This document shows positions 9,745 through 17,874 of a stretch of DNA of 58,091 nucleotides, in pieces. The notes below the pieces were generated by a model. That model had not been told where the DNA came from. It worked only from the letters and a program-made list of their open reading frames with translations, and did not search any database. Each line of letters begins with the position of its first letter. The stretch's first letter is position 1. This DNA is from Candidatus Aminicenantes bacterium UBA647 (lineage in GTDB: Bacteria; Acidobacteriota; Aminicenantia; UBA2199): the NCBI GenBank assembly GCA_002299555.1, contig DBOL01000055.1, positions 1 through 58,091 on the forward strand. The letters are read 5' to 3'. Both the position numbers and the translations under genes were made by a program.

Positions 9745-10239
9745 TCAGGTAAAGATTATCTGTCCACCTGCGGCCTTTTCATAGAATTCGCCAATAGTAA
9801 TTATTGAATCCATATCATCATACATGTCTTCTCTTTTTAACTTGAACATATCTACAGCGAGTTTACATCCGTAAATTTTTCCTCCCGCTGCATTTATCAT
9901 ATCAAGAAATTCTTCAACAGGAGGAATATCAAGATCATCCATCCCTTTTCTCATCATAGCTGAGACTCCTGCTTCAACTCCCGGAAGGACTCCGAGAATA
10001 GTGGGGAAGGGTAGTCCACCCGGCATTGCCATAGCCGGATTACCAACAGTTGCCGTGTGAAGTTTGTTCATCTTCTTTTTTGTTATAGCATCAAGGCCGA
10101 AGAAGGTGAAAAATATATTTGCCTCGATCCCTTCCATTCTGGCTCCATTTGTCATAACAAGAGCCGCATAAACATCTTCAAGACTGCCTTTTGCACAAAT
10201 AACCGATACTTTCTTTATTTTTTCTTTTGATTCTGCCAT
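9745..10239 (-). CDS. DsrE/DsrF/DrsH-like (DsrE2-type) sulfur-carrier protein
   Basis: KKVSVICAKGSLE...IFFTFFGL...IYGCKLAVD...QIIFT. The AAGGAG SD precedes the ATG at 10239. Confidence 0.88.
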   Translation of the reverse strand: MAESKEKIKKVSVICAKGSLEDVYAALVMTNGARMEGIEANIFFTFFGLDAITKKKMNKLHTATVGNPAMAMPGGLPFPTILGVLPGVEAGVSAMMRKGMDDLDIPPVEEFLDMINAAGGKIYGCKLAVDMFKLKREDMYDDMDSIITIGEFYEKAAGGQIIFT

Positions 10240-10249
10240 GATCTCTCCT

Positions 10250-10564
10250 TTAAACACAGCCGGATGGCTTGGGTACACCTGATATAAGAGTTGCTTTCTT
10301 CAGTGGTCCATCAGGGAAAAGGTTGTAGAACTCTTTTATATCCACAACACCTGATTTACCCACTTTTCTTATTGAAAGAGTAGATTCATTCTGGAATTCT
10401 TTTTGAATGTATTCGATAACTTCCCAATGTTTGGGAGTAAGCACATCAATGCCATTCTCCTTAGCCAAACCTGCTGCAACCTCTTTACTCCAATCCTCAA
10501 ATTTAGTCATGTAGCCGCTATCATCAACCTCGATTGTGACACCGGCGATCTCTTTTTGTGACAT
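10250..10564 (-). CDS. tusE: TusE/DsrC-family sulfur relay protein (one C-terminal Cys)
   Basis: DDSGYM...DWS...HWEVI...LFPDGP...GVPKPSGCV. Confidence 0.88.
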   Translation of the reverse strand: MSQKEIAGVTIEVDDSGYMTKFEDWSKEVAAGLAKENGIDVLTPKHWEVIEYIQKEFQNESTLSIRKVGKSGVVDIKEFYNLFPDGPLKKATLISGVPKPSGCV

Positions 10565-10582
10565 TAAAATTCTCCTTATTAG

Positions 10583-11242
10583 TTATTTTGTATATTGTTT
10601 AGAGGCGATCTTTGCCATATCCAGCATTACATCGGCCCCTCTTAATACTTCTTTACTCCGCAATTTCCTGAAAACGCTGAAAAGCGATACTTTTCTCTTT
10701 TTTTCAAAATCGTATTTTTCGATCTCTTCAAGGATCTTCTCAATTTTTGAGAGATTTTCAGGTTTTGTAAACCTCTTTACGGTTCTCATTGCCAATACCA
10801 TGGAATTCCCAAAATTTGTTACATCCTCCGGCTCAAAGTTTTCACTTAAAGTTTCAACAATCCCTAAAGATCTTCTTAGAGATTCGAGAATCCCTTTTTG
10901 TTCCAGCTCGTGTATTTTTGAAATGAAATCATCAACTATCTCATGTGCCAGAGGTCCGATATCTTCAGTGAACTCAACGAAACTCTGTAATTGATCAAGC
11001 AGTTTCGAAATATTATTAATATTTCTAAAAGATTTTTTAATCATGCAAAGGAAATCCTGACTTCTGAAATGGAAATCCACTTCTGACATGAAATTTACAA
11101 CTTCATTAAAAGCATCTTTTGCGAACAATGACATATCCTCTTTGAAATCATCTACAGCTTTCAGGCGGTTAGTAAGACTCATTACCTGATCGGTAAGGAA
11201 GTCTATTTTCTCGTTTAATTGTTTGATATCTTCATTCATCAT
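10583..11242 (-). CDS. DUF1641-like protein
   Basis: Helical protein ending KVSLFSVFRKLRSKEV.RG, in the usual DUF1641 position after SQR. Confidence 0.7.
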   Translation of the reverse strand: MMNEDIKQLNEKIDFLTDQVMSLTNRLKAVDDFKEDMSLFAKDAFNEVVNFMSEVDFHFRSQDFLCMIKKSFRNINNISKLLDQLQSFVEFTEDIGPLAHEIVDDFISKIHELEQKGILESLRRSLGIVETLSENFEPEDVTNFGNSMVLAMRTVKRFTKPENLSKIEKILEEIEKYDFEKKRKVSLFSVFRKLRSKEVLRGADVMLDMAKIASKQYTK

Positions 11243-11248
11243 ACATTC

Positions 11249-12481
11249 CTAAACCTTCCACTTTCCTTTAAGGCTCATCTGGGCTTCCAGCGGTGGTTCT
11301 CCTCCTCTCATGAGAATATTCCAATAGATCCATCTGAAAGTCATTTTTCCCCAATGATTCATTTTAGTTTCCTGTAAAAGGGAGAATGGTCCGAAACCGG
11401 GAATTGGAAATTTACCCGGAAGTGGTTCTGTATCGTAGTTGAAATCAATTAAGATCCCCTTACCGAATCCAGATTCTATATAACAATTTGCATGACCATC
11501 AAATTCCGGCATCATCTCCATACCGTCCATTCTTCTTATAAGGTTTTTGATAAGGATCTCAGCTTCGAAATGGGCGACTGAGCCGGCTTTGGAACTCTGA
11601 AGATTTGTTGCATCACCAGCAATAAATACATTATCTTTTATCTTAGACACCAGAGTATGTTTTTCTGTTGGAATGAAGTTCAAATCATCACCGAGTCCTG
11701 ATTCTCCTATTACATCAGCACCCATATTGGTCGGAACTGAAACAAGCAGATCATAATCGATCTCTTTTCCTTCATAGGAATTAATTATCTTTTTTTCTGA
11801 ATCAACTGAGGAAATATTGAAGTCGGGAATTATTTTTATATTTTTCTTCTCAACTATCTCTCCCAGATATTTTGAAGCTATCGGCTTTGTAAAAGCACCT
11901 GACAGTGGAGTCACAAACTCAATTTCAACTTTGTCCCTGATTCCCTGTGTTGTAAACCACCAGTCAGCAAGAAAAACAAATTCAAGTGGAGCTACAGGAC
12001 ATTTTATTGGCATCTCAGCAATATTAACAACCATTTTGCCACCCTTCCAATATCTGAGGAAGTGTGCAAGATCGACAGCGCCTTCAGGAGTATAAAAATC
12101 AAATATCGATTTTTTCCAACCCGGTCCTGTTAAACCTTCTATTTCGTCAGGAGCAATTTTAGAACCTGTGGCAATAATTAAAAAGTCATAGTTGACCTTT
12201 TTCTTATCTTCCAGAATAATCTGGTTCTTTTCAACATCTATTAAATCGATCTTAGCCTGTATAAAATCAACATTATTTGGCAAATAATCCCTTCTCGGCT
12301 TATAAACCATGCTTTTTGAATAAATTCCGAAGGGAATAAAAAGAAAACCGGGCTGATAGTAATGGATACTTGAATGATCAATAATAGTTATAGATATTTC
12401 ATCTTCAGGTATCATTTTTGTCAGCTTGTTGACGATCATTGTTCCAGCTGAACCTGCACCTAAAATAACAATTTTTTTCAT
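11249..12481 (-). CDS. sqr: Sulfide:quinone oxidoreductase (type III-like) flavoprotein
   Basis: GAGSAG Rossmann motif, HYYQPG, IKCPVAPLEF, GDA and FDGHANCYIESG. Confidence 0.88.
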   Translation of the reverse strand: MKKIVILGAGSAGTMIVNKLTKMIPEDEISITIIDHSSIHYYQPGFLFIPFGIYSKSMVYKPRRDYLPNNVDFIQAKIDLIDVEKNQIILEDKKKVNYDFLIIATGSKIAPDEIEGLTGPGWKKSIFDFYTPEGAVDLAHFLRYWKGGKMVVNIAEMPIKCPVAPLEFVFLADWWFTTQGIRDKVEIEFVTPLSGAFTKPIASKYLGEIVEKKNIKIIPDFNISSVDSEKKIINSYEGKEIDYDLLVSVPTNMGADVIGESGLGDDLNFIPTEKHTLVSKIKDNVFIAGDATNLQSSKAGSVAHFEAEILIKNLIRRMDGMEMMPEFDGHANCYIESGFGKGILIDFNYDTEPLPGKFPIPGFGPFSLLQETKMNHWGKMTFRWIYWNILMRGGEPPLEAQMSLKGKWKV

Positions 12482-12492
12482 TAAATCACCTC

Positions 12493-12948
12493 TTATTTTT
12501 TATATAAAAATTTTTTCAGATCATCACAAGAAATAAGTCCCCTGTAAACTTCACAATCTCTGCAGTCAGGATAAGGATACTTACATTTTTCTTTAGTGCT
12601 CCAGCAGGGAGTTTTTCTTGATGTATAGGATTTGCATTCCTCATCTTCATTATCACAACAGGTCCTGATCTTCCAGCAGGGAATAAGTGACATTAATTGT
12701 CGGATTCCCTCAAAGTTCAATCCCTGTTCCTGGATCATTTTCTTTATACATCTAACCTTATCCAACTCCATTTCTGAGTAAATTCTTCTTCTTGTATTTG
12801 TTTTATGAGAAAGGATCAATCCCTCAGTTTCATATTGTCTTAAAGTGTGGACTGAAACGCCAAGACGCTCTGAAGCTATTCCGATTGTGTAGATAGGTTC
12901 GTAATAATTAATCTCAAATTTTGAGTTCTTTATCGTTTTTTTATCCAT
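12493..12948 (-). CDS. MerR-family regulator with Cys-rich (two-CW-type) C-terminal domain
   Basis: YTIGIASERLGVSVHTLRQYETEGL...RRIYS HTH; the C-terminal domain has 9 Cys, including PCW twice and CxxC. Confidence 0.88.
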   Translation of the reverse strand: MDKKTIKNSKFEINYYEPIYTIGIASERLGVSVHTLRQYETEGLILSHKTNTRRRIYSEMELDKVRCIKKMIQEQGLNFEGIRQLMSLIPCWKIRTCCDNEDEECKSYTSRKTPCWSTKEKCKYPYPDCRDCEVYRGLISCDDLKKFLYKK

Positions 12949-12983
12949 ATTGCATAAAATAGTAAATCTATATCATTTAATAT

Positions 12984-13012
12984 AGTTTACATTCTGTAAT
13001 GATACCTGTCAA
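12984..13012 (-). promoter_or_regulatory. Promoter of the merR-sqr operon, TTGACA-17-TAAACT
   Basis: -35 at 13012-13007, -10 at 12989-12984. It overlaps an inverted repeat at 12962-12990. Confidence 0.7.
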
Positions 13013-13101
13013 GTTATAAATTAAATTATATAAATTTTTTTTAATTAATTATCTGTGAATTATATTTGTAGTTTTGTTATACTTGATTTCGGGATATTCA
13101 A

Positions 13102-14295
13102 ATGATTCGGAAAGGGGAAAACATTATCTTTAAAAAAATTAAAAAAAGATCCAAAATTCTCTTCTTTACTACTATAGGTCTATTGTTTATTCTAATATTT
13201 ACAGGACTCATTTTTCTATTTGAGAAGAATCCGGGTTTCAGTAGTTCAAAGATCAACCAAATGTCTTCACTTGTTAAAAAGGTCCGAAATCTTGAAGATA
13301 ATATCCAGACAAATCAGAATGATATATTAATGCTGGTGAAGGAATACAAAGAGAAAACAGGGAAGAACCTCCCAGCTCTGGATATTATTAATCTTTCTGA
13401 GGAAGAGAGACTGCTTCTCGAAGAAAAGATCAACTCTGAATCAAATATTTCCATAAAAAACCTGTTAGCAGAAATTCTTTCAAAAAAAAGTGAGATACTT
13501 GAACTCAATATGCACGTACGGAGCATTGAAAAATTTCTTCCGAAACCACATATAGTTTTTGAAGGTGAGAACCATTATCAGATTGCAATGGATTACCTTC
13601 TTAATGTGAAAGGGGTTGAAAATAAAGAAGCACTTGCACTTGTTGAAAAAACTTTCCTGTTTGAACCGATAGTACCCGGGTTTAAGATATGGAATTTTTT
13701 TTCAGGGGGCGAATTTGGATCATTCATATCACAGGGGACAGCTTCTGTATCTCCAAATGAAGTTAGCAGAATGGAAAAGCGAAAAATAACAGATGCAAGA
13801 GACATAGCCATTGAAGAAAGAGATATCATGGCCAATGATGTTCAACTGCTACGCAATAAAAGAGATAATATTCTAAGGCAGATAAACGCCCTTAATAGTG
13901 AAAAAACTCACCTTCTCAAAAAAATCGAAGAACTCAATATGGAGAATGAGTCTATAGTAAAAACAGTCAATTCCCTCCACTATATAATTGATACCAGGTC
14001 CAATCTGATCAAGGGAGGTGTTCTCAAAGGTGGGTTTCTCAGATCTCTTAAACTACAGGCAATTTCCCCCAGACTATTTTCAAAGTCTGTAGATTTAAGA
14101 TCAGTTTCCACAATTATTCTTGAATCAAAAGATCTGAAAGTGAACAAACTTAGAAGGATAACTGTATTTCCAAAATTCTATAAGAAAAATATTGATTATA
14201 AGATCAGCTTTGAGAAGAATAAAAAATATGCAAAATTAACAATTTTGAATTCTGAAAAATTGAAAAATGAGAGGATCGTTATATCTGTAGAGTGA
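13102..14295 (+). CDS. Membrane-anchored coiled-coil protein of unknown function
   Basis: Basic N-terminus, one TM helix, long heptad coiled coils and a globular C-terminal domain. Confidence 0.75.
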   Translation: MIRKGENIIFKKIKKRSKILFFTTIGLLFILIFTGLIFLFEKNPGFSSSKINQMSSLVKKVRNLEDNIQTNQNDILMLVKEYKEKTGKNLPALDIINLSEEERLLLEEKINSESNISIKNLLAEILSKKSEILELNMHVRSIEKFLPKPHIVFEGENHYQIAMDYLLNVKGVENKEALALVEKTFLFEPIVPGFKIWNFFSGGEFGSFISQGTASVSPNEVSRMEKRKITDARDIAIEERDIMANDVQLLRNKRDNILRQINALNSEKTHLLKKIEELNMENESIVKTVNSLHYIIDTRSNLIKGGVLKGGFLRSLKLQAISPRLFSKSVDLRSVSTIILESKDLKVNKLRRITVFPKFYKKNIDYKISFEKNKKYAKLTILNSEKLKNERIVISVE

Positions 14296-14385
14296 TCGTT
14301 ACGTTTGTTTTTAACAATATATTCATCAATTAGTAATTTATCTGTTATTCTGCTATAATTAAAAAACATTATTAAGGAGAGTAAG

Positions 14386-15369
14386 ATGGTATTATATATA
14401 TACAAATTATTTTTTATTGCATTATTCACTTATATAGGTTATTCATATCCACCGTTTTTGGGAACAACAGCATTGGTTGGAGCAGCTATCGGTGCCGCTT
14501 TTGCATTGGCGTTAATGCTTATCGCTATCAGGGTGAAGAATACAGAATTGAAGTATCTCTGGGGAGTAACAATGGGAGTACTCGGGGGTGCAGTTGTTGG
14601 ATTGGTATTACTTGAAGTTTTCAAATTGATCACTCTTTCTTTTTCAGCATTTATATTTTTTAAATCCCTGTTTTTGATCGGATTCCCTATAACCGGTTTT
14701 TTTATTGGTGTACATAAACCAAATCTGTTTTCCCCCTTGAACATAAAGGAATTCTTCAGGGGAGGTAGTGCATTTACAGATTCATTCCTTCTTGATACCA
14801 GTGCTATCATTGATGGCAGGATAATACAGATTATTGAATCCGGTTTTATTCAGGGTGAGATCATCATAACTCATTTCGTTCTTGCTGAGCTTCAGGCAAT
14901 TGCTGATTCAAACGACCCGAATAAAAGAGTAAGAGGAAAAAGGGGTGTTGACGTAATTGAAAAATTAAGAAATAACACTCAAATAAGTGTAACGATCCTA
15001 AATAAAATTGTATCCCGCGCAAAAGAAGTTGATCAAAAACTCATCCTTCTTGCAAAGGATCAGAATTTTAAGCTTATAACAAATGATATAAATCTGAGTA
15101 AAATTGCAAAGTTGCAGGATGTGACTATTCTCAATATCAATGAATTGGCTTTTGCTTTGAAGCCAATTGTATTCCCGGGTGAACATCTGAAAGTCAATAT
15201 TGCAAAAGATGGTAAGGAAAAGAGACAGGGGATCGGATATCTTGAAGATGGCACAATGATAGTTGTTGACGATGCGAAATCAGATATCGGACTTGAGAAA
15301 ACAATAGAAGTTACATCTGTTCTTCAGACAACATCGGGAAAAATGATCTTTGGAAAAAAGATCAATTAA
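14386..15369 (+). CDS. PIN/TRAM domain membrane protein (YacL-like)
   Basis: TM region, LLDTSAIIDGRI (PIN), GKEKRQGIGYLEDGTMIVV and SVLQTTSGKMIFG (TRAM). Confidence 0.93.
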   Translation: MVLYIYKLFFIALFTYIGYSYPPFLGTTALVGAAIGAAFALALMLIAIRVKNTELKYLWGVTMGVLGGAVVGLVLLEVFKLITLSFSAFIFFKSLFLIGFPITGFFIGVHKPNLFSPLNIKEFFRGGSAFTDSFLLDTSAIIDGRIIQIIESGFIQGEIIITHFVLAELQAIADSNDPNKRVRGKRGVDVIEKLRNNTQISVTILNKIVSRAKEVDQKLILLAKDQNFKLITNDINLSKIAKLQDVTILNINELAFALKPIVFPGEHLKVNIAKDGKEKRQGIGYLEDGTMIVVDDAKSDIGLEKTIEVTSVLQTTSGKMIFGKKIN

Positions 15370-15390
15370 ATTTCCTGTTTACTAAAATAA

Positions 15391-15876
15391 ATGTTAAAGA
15401 TCAGATCCGGAATAGGATACGACATACATCGTATAAAAAGTGGAAACGGCCTATATATAGGTGGTATCAAAGTTTCAAATGATATGGAATTCATTTCCCA
15501 TTCAGATGGAGACGTTCTCATCCATGCACTTTCTGATTCACTGCTCGGAGCAATAGGGGAGGCAGATATTGGTGAATTATTCCCCGATTCAGATCCGGAA
15601 TTCAAGGGAAAAGAAAGTAAATATTTTCTTGAAGCTGTCATGGATATTTACAGAAAAAGAGACATTGAGATCATTAATATTGATTCTGTAATTATTGCTG
15701 AACTGCCTAAGCTTTCTCCATTTAAATCAGAGATAAGGAAGAAAATTTCATCTATTCTCGGTATTGAAACAGACAGATTTAATATGAAATCAAAGACCAA
15801 AGAGAGGGTGGATGATGCTGTCGGTAACGGAGAAGCGATCGAATGTTATTGTGTCTCAATGATAAGGATCTCCTGA
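15391..15876 (+). CDS. ispF: 2-C-methyl-D-erythritol 2,4-cyclodiphosphate synthase
   Basis: GIGYDIH, HSDGDVLIHALSDSLLGA and NIDSVII motifs. Confidence 0.95.
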   Translation: MLKIRSGIGYDIHRIKSGNGLYIGGIKVSNDMEFISHSDGDVLIHALSDSLLGAIGEADIGELFPDSDPEFKGKESKYFLEAVMDIYRKRDIEIINIDSVIIAELPKLSPFKSEIRKKISSILGIETDRFNMKSKTKERVDDAVGNGEAIECYCVSMIRIS

Positions 15877-15893
15877 ACTTAAGGTAAAATAAG

Positions 15894-17204
15894 ATGAGTG
15901 AATTTCCTATAATAATGATCGCTGGTGTGCCAAATACAGGGAAATCTACACTTTTCAACAGGATAATAGGTAAAAGGCGAGCCCTGATACATTCTGACCC
16001 CGGAATGACGAGAGATATATTCAGTGAAAAATTTAATATTGATGAAAGGACATTTATACTTCAGGATTCAGGGGGATTTTTTCCTGTAAATGATATAATA
16101 TCGACCGAAATAAACAAACGTATTTTTAAAGCAGCAGAGAAATCTAATCTAATCATATACATATTTGATGGAAGAAGAGAAATGCTTGGATATGAAAAAG
16201 ATCTTTTTCTGGAAATAAGGAAGATCAATAAGAATATAATTCCTGTTATTAACAAAGTTGATAATCAAAATAAATTTTTTCTTCCTTCATCATATTACAG
16301 CCTGAAAACAGATTTCACCTACATATCAGCAGAGCATAATTTAGGAGTTGGTGATCTGTTGGAAACCGTGGGAACTTTTTTCAAGGACCATCCTGTTTCA
16401 ACAAAGAAAAACACACTTCCGATAATGCGAATAAGCATAATGGGAAAACCGAATGTAGGGAAATCTTCAATAATCAATTATATACTTAATGATGAAATGG
16501 CAATTGTATCCCCAATCCCCGGTACAACCCGTGATTCGGTAAATTTTGAGATAAAGCGCAAAGGTGAAAAATTTATTATTGTTGATAATGCAGGAATAAG
16601 AAAGCTGCAAAAAGTCAAAGAAAGTACTGAAAGTGCAGCAGTTATAAGAGCAGAACGTGACCTTACCAATGCTGATATTGTCATATTTGTAGTTGATATT
16701 TCCAAAAAGATTGATCATAATGATCTGCTGATAGCAAAAAAGATAATCAAATCTGCCAAACCTGTAATAATAGCCTGCAATAAGTGGGATCTTGTTGAAG
16801 AAAAAAGCAAGCTTGATAAACTTTTGGGTCAACTGAAAAGAACTCTTAATTCTTTTTATTTTTCTAAATTTATTATTGTTTCAGCAAAAACAGGAAAGAG
16901 CATTTTTGATATTGTTGATATTTCTTCTGAAATAAATAAATTTACAAGCAACAGGATGTCTACTAAGAAAATCAATGAAATATTTCAATCAACTTTGACT
17001 GAAAAAAAATTCTACACAGAGAGTGGGAAGGGATTCAACCCCAAGTTTGTCTCAATTGAATCCTACAAGCCTTTCTTCCTGAAGATACGATCTAACTCAG
17101 GAAGGCTGAAAGCTGCAGATGAGACGTTTTTAAAGAAGAAACTCAGTCTTAAAATAGAAAATCCCGGAATACCGCTTTTCTTCAAAATCATTTCAAAAAA
17201 TTAA
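15894..17204 (+). CDS. der: Ribosome biogenesis GTPase Der (EngA), divergent
   Basis: Two tandem G domains: GVPNTGKST/PGMTRD/DSGG/NKVD and GKPNVGKSS/PGTTRD/DNAG/NKWD. Confidence 0.92.
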   Translation: MSEFPIIMIAGVPNTGKSTLFNRIIGKRRALIHSDPGMTRDIFSEKFNIDERTFILQDSGGFFPVNDIISTEINKRIFKAAEKSNLIIYIFDGRREMLGYEKDLFLEIRKINKNIIPVINKVDNQNKFFLPSSYYSLKTDFTYISAEHNLGVGDLLETVGTFFKDHPVSTKKNTLPIMRISIMGKPNVGKSSIINYILNDEMAIVSPIPGTTRDSVNFEIKRKGEKFIIVDNAGIRKLQKVKESTESAAVIRAERDLTNADIVIFVVDISKKIDHNDLLIAKKIIKSAKPVIIACNKWDLVEEKSKLDKLLGQLKRTLNSFYFSKFIIVSAKTGKSIFDIVDISSEINKFTSNRMSTKKINEIFQSTLTEKKFYTESGKGFNPKFVSIESYKPFFLKIRSNSGRLKAADETFLKKKLSLKIENPGIPLFFKIISKN

Positions 17205-17791
17205 TGGATCCTGACAAAACAATTGATCTGGTCATCCTGGATATGGATGGAACCCTTTTTACAAGTAATGTTGATTGGAGCTCTGTTAAGAAAAAACTGA
17301 ATGTTCATAACTCCAGCATACTTGAGAAAATTTATAACGAGACGCCGTTTGATAAAGAGGGGCTTAAGTACCTGGAAGCGATAGAAGAAAAGAGTACTTC
17401 AGAGGCAAAAAGGATCGCGGGTTCAACGGAGTTCATTGAAAAGATCAGGAAAAGAGGTATAAAGATATCCCTTGTAACTAATAATTCAAGGAAAAATACC
17501 GATTACCTTTTAAATAAGTTCAATTTATCCTTTGATCTGATCATCACAAGAGATGAAAAAATGTGGAAACCGGCTCCAACAGCATTTCGGTTCTCAATGA
17601 AAAAATTTAAAGCTGAGCCTGAAAATACAATTTCAATAGGTGATAGTGATCTTGACATTGCAGCTTCTGTAAAGTCTGATATATATGACATTTTCATAAT
17701 TAAGGACTCTAACATCAAGGGAGTTTATACTGAAAAAATCAAATATTTCAAGGACTTCCACGAACTTTCCCTAATGATATTTGGAGCTTAA
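17204..17791 (+). CDS. HAD-family hydrolase
   Basis: DMDGTL (motif I), VTNN, KPAP and IGDSDLD; start overlaps the der stop (TAATG). Confidence 0.92.
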   Translation: MDPDKTIDLVILDMDGTLFTSNVDWSSVKKKLNVHNSSILEKIYNETPFDKEGLKYLEAIEEKSTSEAKRIAGSTEFIEKIRKRGIKISLVTNNSRKNTDYLLNKFNLSFDLIITRDEKMWKPAPTAFRFSMKKFKAEPENTISIGDSDLDIAASVKSDIYDIFIIKDSNIKGVYTEKIKYFKDFHELSLMIFGA

Positions 17792-17796
17792 ACAAA

Positions 17797-17822
17797 AACT
17801 ATGTCGACATGTCGACATAGTT
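17797..17822. repeat. Perfect 26-bp palindrome AACTATGTCGACATGTCGACATAGTT, candidate ParB-family binding site or operator
   Basis: Checked base by base as its own reverse complement. It ends 1 nt before the parA -35 box. Confidence 0.9.
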
Positions 17823-17823
17823 C

Positions 17824-17852
17824 TTGACAAACCAAAATATATTATTTAGTAT
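17824..17852 (+). promoter_or_regulatory. parAB promoter TTGACA-17-TAGTAT
   Basis: -35 at 17824-17829, -10 at 17847-17852, then an AAGGAG SD and GTG at 17875. Confidence 0.7.
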
Positions 17853-17874
17853 CATATTCTTAAAGGAGTATAAA

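Noticed and set aside
10250-10564. Evidence for dissimilatory sulfate or sulfite reduction (dsrC)
   Set aside because: The protein lacks CysB and no dsrAB or dsrMK genes are nearby; it is a TusE-type carrier.
9745-12948. Selenocysteine read-through in the sulfur operon
   Set aside because: The ORFs end at family-typical C-termini and no in-frame TGA aligns with a conserved Cys.
17824-17874. TTG start of parA given in the ORF track
   Set aside because: That TTG is the TTGACA -35 box; the AAGGAG SD supports GTG at 17875. Similar upstream extensions were trimmed for other genes (e.g. 28853, 46814, 37934, 25012, 10278).
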